From: Chiloscyllium plagiosum
Lineage: Eukaryota
NCBI RefSeq assembly: GCF_004010195.1
Contig: NC_057718.1
Location: 34,206,384 to 34,250,965, forward strand
Length of the DNA: 44,582 bases
Direction of reading: 5' to 3'
The position numbers and the translations under genes were made by a program. The notes under the pieces were generated by a model. It worked only from the letters and a program-made list of their open reading frames with translations, had not been told where the DNA came from and searched no databases. Of this stretch, positions 21,716 to 32,755 are shown in pieces. How positions within the stretch are numbered: position 1 is the stretch's first letter; the number at the start of each line of letters is the position of its first letter.

Positions 21716-22930
21716 GAAAATTAAAATATTTTTGCCATCATTATATTCCTAGTAAATGGAAGAAGCAGGCATTTCTCTGCTTGGCTGTTACATACAGACG
21801 TGTTTCATTAGAACACAGAGGATTATGGCAATTAGTTTTGTCCTCGAACCCAATCTGAAAGTATGCAGTAATGGTGGGTCACACAGTTCCAGCTGTTTTA
21901 TTGGCTTCATACAGTCATTTCTGTCAGAAAACAGGCTTAGCTGTTCAGAATGAGACACTTTCTCATTAAGCAAGTCCAAGACAGTTGCGATTTTGCAGGA
22001 AATGCGAGTCAGATGTGTTATGGTCTTTCAGCGATTAAAGCTGGGAAAGCTTGAACACAGAACTGCTAGAAAACCTGGACAAAATGTTATGGAAATAGAT
22101 GAAAGGGAGAGACTGTGTGAAAACGGAATAAAGTGTATGAGTAATGAGTAAAGGGTAACAAGAATTGAACAGTTCAGTGAATGCATAAAACATAAGAAAA
22201 GGGCCTATGGTTATATTCAATGGAATAAATTTATTCATTTTTAATACAATGTTAAAAATACCAACATCAGGAGAATAGTACAACTCCTATCTTTGGTAAA
22301 CATATATTGACATACAGTAACTCACCTTCCTTCCCATTTAAGCTAGGTGCATTGAATTCATTCTAAGAACTTCACTATTCAATGATCTGTGACCACTATA
22401 AAACAAACAAAAAAAAATAGATGTACAAAAGGAACTGAGTGGAGAGAATTCAATAAAAGAAATAACACAATTCTTATAGCATGAACACTCCCCAATGAAC
22501 TTCTTTTCTAAATCAAAATGTTGCCTTTCCCCGATCTCCCTCCCATAGAGTTGTTGAGGAGAGAAACTTCAGCAGGAATCACCCCAGCTCCTGACCGATG
22601 TGGGCATTCTCGAGTCAGTTAGGAAAATTGATTAAGGTCAATAGATTGGATTTCTTGGCAATGAGAGAAGGAGATCCAACTCTCCAACCAATATTTGAAT
22701 CGTGAGACGAGAGTCTTGCTAATGAGAGGTGAGAGATCTTTTGCATTCATTTGCATATATTAACATGCAAATGTTACCTAATCCCGCCTCATTGATCTGC
22801 AGATTACCAATCTCCCACAGAGATTGAGATCTCCATAATTTAACCCTAACCCTAACCTCGGACAGAAACAGTGCTAGTTCCCAATATGTAAATCATAACA
22901 GGTACCTCGTGACTTCAGCTCACCACCTAG

Positions 22931-23058
22931 CATCAGGAGGTGTAGAAGTCGTTACACCTGAAATGTTAACTTCTATACCTCCTGATGTTGTCTGGCTTGC
23001 CATGTTCTTCCAACCTCCTGCTTGTCTACTTTGGATTCCAACATCAGCAGTTTTTTTT
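22931..23058 (+). mobile_element. Penelope-type short repeat (family C) with a 5' fold-back
   Basis: 19-bp inverted arms at 22931-22949 and 22969-22987 (18/19 match); 3' part GGATTCCAACATCAGCAGTTTTTTT resembles the family A end CCAGCATCTGCAGT. Confidence 0.65.
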
Positions 23059-23059
23059 T

Positions 23060-24000
23060 GCCTCCATCTTGGACAGCAGTCAGCCTCTCAGGATATGCTT
23101 CATGGGTAGTGACTGCCCGTACACGCATCCACGGACATTGACATCGGTTATGAACCAGCCTCATTGTACCAACATGGCACGTCTCTCAGCCACTTACAAT
23201 GTGATTCTGTACGTTAGTGCTACACTTTGGAATCGACCGGCACCCATCACTATAATGCTGCCAGGACAATCTGCACACTGGGACAGGCATCCAACTCATG
23301 GAGTCAATCAGAGTATATCTCAGGAATAGCCAGTTGCTCCATTAGTGCTCAGTACTTAGAAGCTCACAATACTTCTGCCTTGTCCTTTGCACTTTATCCC
23401 TTCAGCTAGAGCTAAAAGACTCCCACTATTTCTGTTTTGTCTTGCTGCTTAGTGCAGGCACAAAGCCAAGATGTTTGTCATGGTAAAGAGGGTGGCCACA
23501 TCAATGTCACACTTGCACAGTGTATACCCTGTGCCAGCAATGTATACAGCAAACATACAGCAAAGAGCAAATATACAGCAAACCAAATAGCTATATTGCA
23601 AAGTCTGTAGGGAGTAGTACCAACCTATCATGTCTGGAAAGATTGTCTTCAGTCAGTGGGTCCTGGCATAGTAATTCATCTACATTATCAATGAACAGTC
23701 CAGGGTCTTGGATATGGTCAACCTGCTACTTGGGGACTCAGGGTCAGGAAGCCCATACCTCGAGAGTGTGGGAAATGGGCTGCTGTTAGTATTGCAGGTC
23801 TAGTGTGACCAGTCCAGAGAGTCACAGGATGTCAGATGGGAAACTTCACATAGATTTGTGAGGGACCATGTTGATTCCTGGCCATCTCCTTAATGAAGGT
23901 CAAAGGAGGGTTAGTCAGTGCCACTGTTCTGGGAGGGAAGCTAATGAAGTCCATTGTAAGGATTGAAGGCAGCATGCTAGGATGCAGGCATGACAGTAAT
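23060..24000 (-). pseudogene. Highly decayed PIF/Harbinger transposase remnant
   Basis: In order on the minus strand: AAFNPY (VALNFY-like), FIKEMA..YVKFP (CIKEVT..YIKFP-like), VQ..ID-VA, RLVHN and YP*S..ILR (YPGS.HD.YILR-like), across many frameshifts. Confidence 0.4.
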
Positions 24001-24007
24001 TGGGGGA

Positions 24008-24330
24008 CTATCACTAGACTATTAACCCAGAGATCCTGGTAATGTTCTGGGAACGCAGATTTGGATCCTGCTATGGTGGATGGTGGAGTTTGAATTCAAT
24101 AAATATCTGGAATTGGGATACTGATGATGACTGCGAGCCCATTGCCAATTGTTAGAAAAGCCCATTTGATTCCCTCATGTCCTTTAGGGAAGAGAAGTGC
24201 CGTCCTTACCAGGTCTGACCAACATGTGACTCCAGACACACAAATGTGACTGTCCTTTGGGGAACAATGGGTGGATAATAAATGCTGGCCTCGCCAATAA
24301 TGCCTACATCTGGTGAATGAATGAAGAAAA
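24008..24330 (+). mobile_element. tRNA-derived shark SINE (same family as 391-742)
   Basis: TCACTAGACTATTAACCCAGAG...TTTGAATTCAATAAATATCTGGAATT...GCCGTCCTTACCAGGTCTGACCAACATGTGACTCCAGAC...ATAAATGCTGGCC...GAATGAATGAAGAAAA. Confidence 0.82.
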
Positions 24331-25180
24331 GGTATTCGAAGATGCTATAATGCCAAGGACAGATAGTCTGTATAGCTGGTTCTTGAATAATAATAAATTT
24401 AGAAATGTGCACTTGTAAAGATGCTCATCTTTTTTGGTTCCCTCGCTCATGGCTGGCAGCTCTTGGCCTGGTGCACCGAGCACTTTAAAAATGATGCAGG
24501 GAATCCTGGCAATACTGATTACTTCCACCTCTGGCAGGAAGGAAGTTAGGACAAATGGAACACCACCAAGTGTGGTGCATAGGTGCTCAGTCACTTGAGA
24601 ATCATGTGAGAAATCTCGCTAGGTCTAACAGAGAGAATCCCTCCATGAAATATGCCACAAATTGACACTAAACCAATTTCTGGTAAAAATTCTGCTCATC
24701 ATTTCTGAGATTAAAGTGGTAGATTATGACTCTGAGTGATAGTGTAGCAAACTGGCAGCCTGCATTACAACTTTTTCAATTTTTATTTTTATTGAAGTCA
24801 AATGCAAAAATGTCAGGATCTATATAATAGTTCTCAACATAGTGATGTCATCCATTAATGTTGTGAGTATTATTACTGCATCATTAAGATAGAATCTGTG
24901 GCAGATGAATTTGAAGTTTTTTTTGTATATTATGTTGAAAATTATTTACATTCCCTCTTCTGTTGGTTCACCCAATCTGCAAGGAGGCGCCAATTTTGAA
25001 TTCAAATCTTTGCAAAGTGAACTAAGTAGCAGTTGGGAGTGTCCATTCCATCTTGGCACCTCTTGGCTAGGAAAGAAGGAAAGCAGCATTAGCCATGATT
25101 GCTCCTACAGGAAAGATTTTGGATATGTTGCCCAGCCAAGGAAAAGCATGATCAGTTTGACACTGTTGTCCCTTATGGTT

Positions 25181-25570
25181 CAACAACAATAACAGATTTG
25201 TCACGGAACATTATGACAATATTTAATGTCAAGCAATCAAAGGATATATGAGAATAGGCAATCAAAAACTTTAGGAAGGAATTCGAGAGCATGGGACTAG
25301 ACACATGAAGGCACAGCCATCAGTAATGGAGCAATTAGAACTGTGGATTTTATAAAGATCAAAATGGCAGGAGCCTGGAACTCTTGGAGGTTTGTGGGGC
25401 TGGAGAAGATTACATCCTTGGGGGTCACCAACAGTGCAAACTGATAGCATTCGCTGTGAATATCTATCAAAAGAACATTCAGAGGAGCTACCAGGGGATT
25501 ACAGTGACCTTGGAAATTGCACCTCAGCATTTGTTGGCACCTTCAGTAGGAGTGGAGAGAAGGTTGGAGG
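25181..25570 (-). mobile_element. L2-type LINE 3' remnant
   Basis: CAACAACAATAAC antisense tail, then TTTAGGAAGGAATTCGAGAGC...GAAGGCACAGCCATCAGTAATGGAGCAATTA (antisense of AFS.LGP.LWNSLP-like). Confidence 0.55.
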
Positions 25571-25839
25571 CATGGGAGAGTTATGTGCGGGCACACACAT
25601 GAACTCATGGGAAACACTTCCGCCGCAAATGATGTGTAATTAGGTTGTGAAACTTTGTAAAAAACTGGTTTGTGATTGTTGCACATGTATCAAGAGTAAA
25701 ATTTACAAGGTCCATATCACGAGTTGGGCTTTCAATTAAGCCAGAGCATTTTGGAAAGGTAGAAGGAAATCTGTCCATCACTTAATCAATAAATTCTATG
25801 ATATTTAGAAATTTTTTCAATAAGTTAAAATCTAGAACT

Positions 25840-26050
25840 ACCCCCTACAACTCTCTGCATTTCTGCCTTTCTTTAATCCTTTAAAATTCTCCTTAAGATG
25901 TACCGTTATGATCAAGCATAAGACAATTTATCTTTTATAGCTGTCTGTAGTTCAGGATCTAATTTTGGTGTATAATGCTTCTTCGAAGTGCCTTGCAGTG
26001 TTTTATTATATTTGAGATGTTACGTGAGTATAACTGTTATTGTTGTTGCT
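25840..26050 (+). mobile_element. L2-type LINE 3' tail
   Basis: CCTTTAAAATTCTCCTTAAGA...GAAGTGCCTTGCAGTGTTTTATTA...TGTTATTGTTGTTG; similar to 37640-37760. Confidence 0.55.
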
Positions 26051-28076
26051 GGCTGCATATGAGATTTTTGACTGACATTGCAGGACTCTCATGTAGTTTA
26101 CTAAGTTGTATGTGGAAGAAACTTTCCTGGTCTAAACATAGACTAAATATTAATTAGAATAGAACGGTTTAAGAACAAGTCAACTCTCGGCCATCAGTTT
26201 GAGGATTTGCCAGGTGCAGTCTTATGAAACACAAGAAATCAATGAACCAACAGCTGTTTGAAAAGCCTGCATAGAGTGCAATTGATATTACATGCTAATA
26301 ATGACTAATTCTTCGGCAGGCAGAATTATCTTGCCTCAGTGACTTGTTTTGACTTGAAATACCTATCTATTGGAGTATCCATCTGGTTCATTTGTTGCTT
26401 TCAGTGGAGATTTCTCTCTTGATTCGCAGTTATATTGGAATGTGATTATAAATATGCATCAAACTTCTGTCAAAGGAAGCAGGAGAAAAGGAAACAGAGT
26501 GGAATTTGAAAACAATGACAAGCAACTCTGTCCGCGCACTTTAATGCTATAAAGGAGGCTAACTGTAAATGTTACTTGTGGTTTACTGTAAACTGCCAAC
26601 ATGATTGAGTACATGCTTTAATTGATCAATTTATGTCAAGGAATAGAATGGTGTGGTTTATGGGCCAGTGTAATGTAAGACTGTTCCAGATGGTACTTAT
26701 TGTGTCATTGGTGTATGGGAAAAAAAGTTTGAATTGTTAGTCTTATTCATCTGGCAGAGGGGTTATGTTGAAAGTATAACATGTGTATTTGTTTCTGTGC
26801 TCAGAACTTCCAAGCTGTCAATTTGTGGCTGAAAAGATGAGGGTTGATCGAAGGACCCCCAACTTTTCTTTTTTGCTTAATATCAAAATATTACCAAGAC
26901 TTTAACATCAATGGTGGTCTTCTTTTCTTGAGTTCCTATTAATTAACAGTACATTTTAATCTGAGGAACATGAAGGATAACATTTACCTTCCACAGCTGA
27001 GAACAAATGACTGATGAAGCCCCTTTTATTTAATGTCGGGCTGTCTACATTAAGATGTCAGTTCATTGATAGCTCCTTCAACCCGGAAGAAAACCTCTTG
27101 CTGGCCTGTTCCCCTTAATTTGTTAACAGACCTTGAACTGGACCTGGCACACTCCCCACCTCCCTCCACACTCCACAATCCCAGAAAACCTCCCAAATAA
27201 ATTTATAATTAATATAAACTCTTTGCACAAACAGGAAAGCTTTTACAAGAGTTCTGATCAAGACGTCCAATACCATTGACATTTAGAGAATTATAGCAAT
27301 CTATGCCACAAATAAGAATAACAACCAACATTTTATTTAAGTGGAAACACTTTGAACAAAAAAAATGGAAGATTTTCTAGCTCTATTTACTAGCATTCTG
27401 GAGGATGACACAATATTGTCACTTTGCCGATGTTATCTGATGGAGAACAGCACTTTCTTGACTGAAAATATGCTACAGAAGCTTGTTTTTGTAATGGGTG
27501 TAAAACCTCAAGGGTCTTGAGATGCAAAACAAAAGACTGGGAAATAATATTAAATAAGACAGTATGTAAAAACAAGAATATGATGTATGCAGCCAGAAGT
27601 TGACAATGAAATGAACTGAAAACAAAATGAAGCACACAAGCAAATATTCTTTCCCATGTTCCATCTTTCTTTGGCAATGACTAAATGGCACTTTCAGGTC
27701 AGAGATAGATATAAGATAAAAAAAGGTGAATATTATACACAGTATTATATAAAATCCTTCACAATCCTTCTGGTTTGAAAATGTTATTTTTCCCCGTCCC
27801 CTCCACTATTTGATATGACAGGATGCTTATGAAGTTGTCAGTTCATCCCTAAAAGTCACTGTTGTTAACATTCACAAACAGCTAATCTTTTAATCAAATG
27901 TCCCCTGTCTATTATTTCAGCAAAGGATTTAACCTGTTTGAAATTAACTCATTGAATCAATATTGTCAATGGTCAATTTAAAATTTTCCTGTCAGTTGCT
28001 GCTGAATCCTAATCAATTTTATACTGATGTCAGTTTTTTTGTGTGTCTGTTACCTTTTCCTAATCCTCACCACCTT

Positions 28077-28235
28077 AGAGTCATAGAGTCATAGAGATGT
28101 ACAGCACTGGTCCAACGCGTCCATGCCGACCAGATGTCCAAACCCAATCTAATCCCACCTGCCAGCACCTTGCCCATATCCCTCCAAACCCTTCCTATTC
28201 ATATACCCATCCAAATGCCTCTTAAATGTTGCATT
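28077..28235 (-). mobile_element. CR1 3' tail, same family as 9399-12783
   Basis: AGAGTCATAGAGTCATAGAGATGTACAGCA...CCATGCCGACCAGAT...CCCACCTGCCAGCACC is the reverse complement of about 12620-12783. Confidence 0.92.
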
Positions 28236-28301
28236 AACCCCCACATGGCTAGTTCACACATGCTCTCAGGTACCTCACCCAAGTGGATATCTTACATGTC
28301 T

Positions 28302-28515
28302 GAGTGGAAACGTGTAACACTGGAAAAACACAACAGGTCAGGGCAGCATCCAAGGAGCAGGAGAATCATTGTTTCTGGCATAAGCCCTTCATCAGGAGTG
28401 GCTTATGCCCGAAATTTCAATTCTCATGCTCCTTGGCTGCTGCCTGACCTGCTGTACATTTCTAGTGTCACACTTTTCAACTCTGATCTCCAGCATCTGC
28501 AGTCCTCACTTTCTC
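28302..28515. mobile_element. Penelope-type short repeat (family A), head-to-head fold-back
   Basis: About 80-bp inverted arms at 28307-28386 and 28400-28478; the minus strand carries CTGATGA-AGGGCTTATGCCA-GAAAC. Confidence 0.8.
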
Positions 28516-28849
28516 TGACAAGCGTGACCCTGGACAATGAGCTTAGCCACCTCCCAGAACACAGCTGAAGACAGTGCTGTCCTTACCCACTGCCCGTACT
28601 TCTCAGTCTTGCAGAAGAATCACCAGAGAGGAAACAGGTTAATTGTCTTCTGCCTGACAGAAACCTGAAGACATTGGATAGAGAGCCTAGATCAGATAAT
28701 GGAGCACAAACCAAGTAGTAATCCTAGGGCCTTCTGCCTGACATGGACCAGTTAACAATCTTCTTTTTTAAACTTCCATCTTTTTAGTGTTGGTTAGCCA
28801 GGAGGTAAATTCTTTAAAATGGATTTAAATAAATAAATAAATAAAGGGA

Positions 28850-29120
28850 GCTCATCAAACAACCCCACAAGCCTTTTCGAGGTTGATCTGTACTTCAATT
28901 CCACTTCCTACCTTTGACACACATCCCTTGAGACCGTTACCTGATTAAAAAAATTGTTGATCTCAGTCTTCAAACATTCTCATTGACTCAACATCATTGC
29001 CTCTTGGGAAAGAAAATTCCAGATTTGTTTCAAAACGTCTTTCCTGATTCATTCTTAAACTGACTCACTCTAGTTTTCAGATTATCCTGTCTGGATTCTG
29101 CCAACAGCATAAATAGTTCT
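28850..29120 (-). mobile_element. Old CR1 3' fragment
   Basis: TGATCTGTACTTCAATTCCACTT...CATCCCTTGA...GATCTCAGTCTT...GGGAAAGAAAATTCCAGAT; similar to 5690-5850. Confidence 0.6.
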
Positions 29121-29136
29121 GAGTAATTTAAAGAGT

Positions 29137-30760
29137 GGGGGCTGAATCCCACCTTTTTTATTGAAGTGCGAGTTTTATCAAGTTTTCTCAGTGGATGTCT
29201 CATCACTAGACTGAGTGAGCTTTCTCGCCATACCTCACCAAACCCACGTCATTAACTACCCATTTCTACCCTATGACATCCCTCACATCTGTTTCTATCC
29301 TTATCTTACCATGGGCCATACTTGAAACAATTCACCGCTCACCATATTTCCACCAAATACTGACATCGCTTGTGGCCATGGCTTCTTTAAAAGGAGGCTA
29401 TGCATTCAGATAAATGGCATGCCAACATTGCCCCACACCAGTGATGTAATGGCCCAGCAGCCACAAAGCTGTGCTGCTCACAGCTCATCGCTGACACTCC
29501 CTCGCACACAGGAACCCTTTCTCACAGCTGAGTTGTAGCATCCGACCAATCTGAACTCTGTCACGGACAAGGAGAGCTTCATCCTCCTCAATATCTTCAT
29601 TCATCTCCTCACCTGACTGCTCCCACTCCGCCAGGTCTTTAAGCGTCTGCCACATTGCCTCAATGTCTGCTCCAATTTATTGGGCCCAGCACACCAGGAT
29701 GATGCAGCACACTCTATCTGACTATCCTGTGGGTCCTCCCAGACAGGTCCAAGCAGCAAAACCAGATCTTCAGCAGCCCCATCATCTCCTCCACCCCTGG
29801 CCCTGGTTGAAGCATGGGCAGCATATACCTGAGCTCCATATCTGTCAGGTTTGCAAGATGGTGTCGTGAGCCAAGGTCACAGTGGAATTTCCTTGTCCCC
29901 CAGTAACCAGCTTTATGAGGCACCCAATTCCTCAACACATCATTTCTATGAGAGTGTTCCAGGATGTATGAGTTGTAGCGGCTGCCCTTCTGGCACACCC
30001 TTCCAGAATGTGGTCCCGATGATCACCTGAACATTAATGAAATGGAGCATGTTCCTGTTGATGAATCCCACAGCAGTGTGATCCAGTCTGGCAGTTGATG
30101 GCACCCTACACTGGGGGAAGCCAGCTATGTTTCCAAATGCCACTGGCCTAGCTGCAGCCTTGACCTTGTCATGGGGGAGCGGAGTGAACTGTGATCTTGC
30201 ACAGATGGCACTGCTCACTGTTCTGATGCATTTATCGGTGCACAACTGAGAGATCCCAGAGCTTCCTGGAAGGAGCCAAATTACATAGAGGTTCAAAGCG
30301 ACTGTCATCTTCCTTCTGAAGTCCTCAGGTTGTGCTCCCTTACCCAGCATAGTTCTCTCATGGTGTCCCAGGACCAACAGAGTCTGTGTTGACTCTGTGC
30401 CTCACTCACTCCCAGGAAACAGAAATAGAGTTGAGAGCTCAGTTCTCCTGTGGACCTCATGCATCCTGAGTGGCTGCAAACTCAACTTGAGCACTGTACT
30501 CCTCAGTCTCTGTATGGCTTTCTGCTGCACCTGGGCTTGCCATTTTTCGTGGTCCTCCTGCATCAGCCTTCAGACTCTCTTCCATCCTACCTCCAGGAAG
30601 ACTTTCATCCCACCTATGACTGGGTGCAAGATTCCTTTTGGAAACAACCTACATTGGGACATAAGAAGCAAAACAGGCTCTTAGTTCTGAGAAGAGTCAG
30701 TGGTGGCACGTCCTGGAATTAAGGGCTGCACATATTTGGCCATACAGTGAGATGTACAAT
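29137..30760 (-). mobile_element. PIF/Harbinger DNA transposon fossil
   Basis: Contains the transposase remnant listed next; the left end begins GGGGGCTGAATCCCACC and its first about 100 bp resemble the reverse complement of 24606-24697. Right boundary uncertain. Confidence 0.7.
29520..30470 (-). pseudogene. Harbinger/HARBI1-family DDE transposase pseudogene
   Basis: Motifs in order across frameshifts: FLGVSEAQSQHRL, MTVALNLY, GISQ..KCIRTVS, IAGFPQ..GAINC, GFINRN..HFINVQV, GSRYNSYIL, WLLGDK..PL*PWLTTP, AHASTRA.VEEMMGLLKIWFCCLD.SG, RVCCIILVC, then an acidic tail (EEMNEDIEEDE). Confidence 0.88.
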
Positions 30761-30877
30761 GATTATGAGGGATACATCTCCATTATTCTTTTTGTTTCAG
30801 TCTCAGAATGTGCACCAACTTGGTGAGGGTGCTACAGCGGCTGAGTGACCTATGCATGTCATTAAAAAAGAGTACTT

Positions 30878-31090
30878 AGAGTCATGGAGTCACAGAGATG
30901 TACAGCATGGAAACAGACTCTTCGGTCCAACTCGTCCATGCCGACCAGATATCCCAACCTAATCTAGTCCCATTCGCCAGCACTTGGCCCATATCCCTCC
31001 AAACCCTTCCTATTCATATACCCATCCAGACGCATTTTAAATGTTGTAATTGTACCAGCCTCCACCACTTACTCTGGCAGCTCATTCCAC
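30878..31090 (-). mobile_element. CR1 3' tail, same family as 9399-12783
   Basis: AGAGTCATGGAGTCACAGAGATGTACAGCATGGAAACAGACTCTTCGG...TTGTACCAGCCTCCACCACTT is the reverse complement of about 12575-12783. Confidence 0.92.
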
Positions 31091-31859
31091 TTGCTGTGTT
31101 TCGACCACCTTCCCATCCAGAATCATGTCAATCATTCAAGCTTTCATTGTGTTCAATACTGACCATCATTACACTTACATGACAGATGATGAAGAAATGG
31201 ATTCCATCTCCTGCAGCATCTTTGGAAATTGCACTAACGGCATGTAACTTTTGGCTCACACTCATTTTTTAAAGTCATTGCTGTTAACTTGAGTATAACT
31301 GAAATACCAATGTTCAATTTTCAAGAGTTAAAGGTATGTTGCAAATTGCCTTGATGCAGTTTTTGAACCGTAATCATATTCATTCTACAAATGGACAATG
31401 AAATGATTGCAAATTAATTTAAACCCTCGCCATCACAGTCCCATTCCACATGTCTACAAACTCCTCTGCTTTCTCCTACCTCCACCCCAACTCTTAACTC
31501 TATCACTCATCTGGCATCGATTCCCTCCTCTTTACCTCGAGGCTCATGTGAGTCCTCCTGAACTATCGACTGACTGAGTCCCAGGCCTGTATTCCTTCCA
31601 GACCTCTGACTGATTTTAATAAGCAGCCCCGAGGCACGACTATCCAGACCCCTGACTGCAGTATTTGAAGCTCCCAGATAAACGATTCCCCTGACTGCAT
31701 GTGATGGCCTGACAGGACTGATTGCTGCCCACTCCTCAGACAGCAGCTGGACAGATCCCCTGACTGTGAGTTACCATTCAGGTAACTGATCATGGCCAGG
31801 CCCCTGAACTGAATGTAGATTGGGCCGACATTCGTATCTGATTGGTGATCATTAGTTGT

Positions 31860-32020
31860 CTTTGTGAAGTGGTCATAAACTGGCTCCTTATTTGCTGAAA
31901 TCCATGTGGTGAATGTACATCCACGGCGTTTGAGTTCTAGGAGTTTGATCCAGCAATAATGAAAAGAATAACGGTATACTTTTAGGTCAGGATGATGTGT
32001 AAGTTAGATGAAAACAAGGT
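31860..32020 (-). mobile_element. LINE 3' fragment, same family as 1690-2215
   Basis: TCCATGTGGTG...GAGTTCTAGGAGTTTGATCCAGCAATAATGAAA...AGGTCAGGATGATGTGT is antisense to about 2015-2125. Confidence 0.6.
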
Positions 32021-32499
32021 GAGAGAAGTCACTAGGCTTTGTGGTTAAAAACACTCCAAAAAAACCAAACGTTATTCACACTTAGCCAATAAAACAGATT
32101 CAGTCCTAACAATCCGACTGCCCTCATAACTCACTATAACAAGACTCTCGAAATTTGATCTGATCCATGGCTTAATCTTGTCTATAGCATGTAGCTTCTG
32201 CTGTTCAACTTGCATGTAGTACTGTAATCTGCCTTCAGAAGGTTAACACCTCAGTTTACAAATTGGGTGAAATTGGCCAATTTTGACAGTCTCAAAATTT
32301 CACTTCAGATTTAAGTTGCATTTTGTCCCACAAAAGTATTAAAAAACATCTCCTCCAAATCTTCGAGGTTCAACTTATTATTGGTAATGCCCTCATAAAC
32401 AAATAATGTATTCAAAACGATTAATTTATTGTTCCTTAAAATTCCTATGGTCTTCGCTCCTTTCTCACTAGTTTGACAGATTTTAATCATCTTCTGGTA

Positions 32500-32755
32500 T
32501 ATCATTTAAATGACAAATCTTTACATGTGACCATGGACCAGCGAGTGGCATTGAAGGGCATCACAATCACATCCATTCTGTCCTCACCCAACGCCACCAT
32601 ATGTGTGACTCTCAGCAATCGGAAATATTTCCGTATGTTGGCCCCAGTGTATCACCACAGCATTTCAATCACTGCAACAGTTCAAGTCAATCACCTTAGC
32701 ACAGGTTGAACTGAGAACTCTCCTGCTCCGTTTGCCTCAGCACTGCACCTCCAAA
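32500..32755 (-). mobile_element. Ancient SINE fragment (family of 21345-21715)
   Basis: GGGCATCACAATC...TCTGTCCTCACCCAACGCC...TTAGCACAGGTTGAACTGAG is antisense to the 21345 copy. Confidence 0.5.

Noticed and set aside
29520..30470. Functional domesticated HARBI1 gene
   Set aside because: Multiple stops and frameshifts, altered first catalytic residue, transposon-like terminus.
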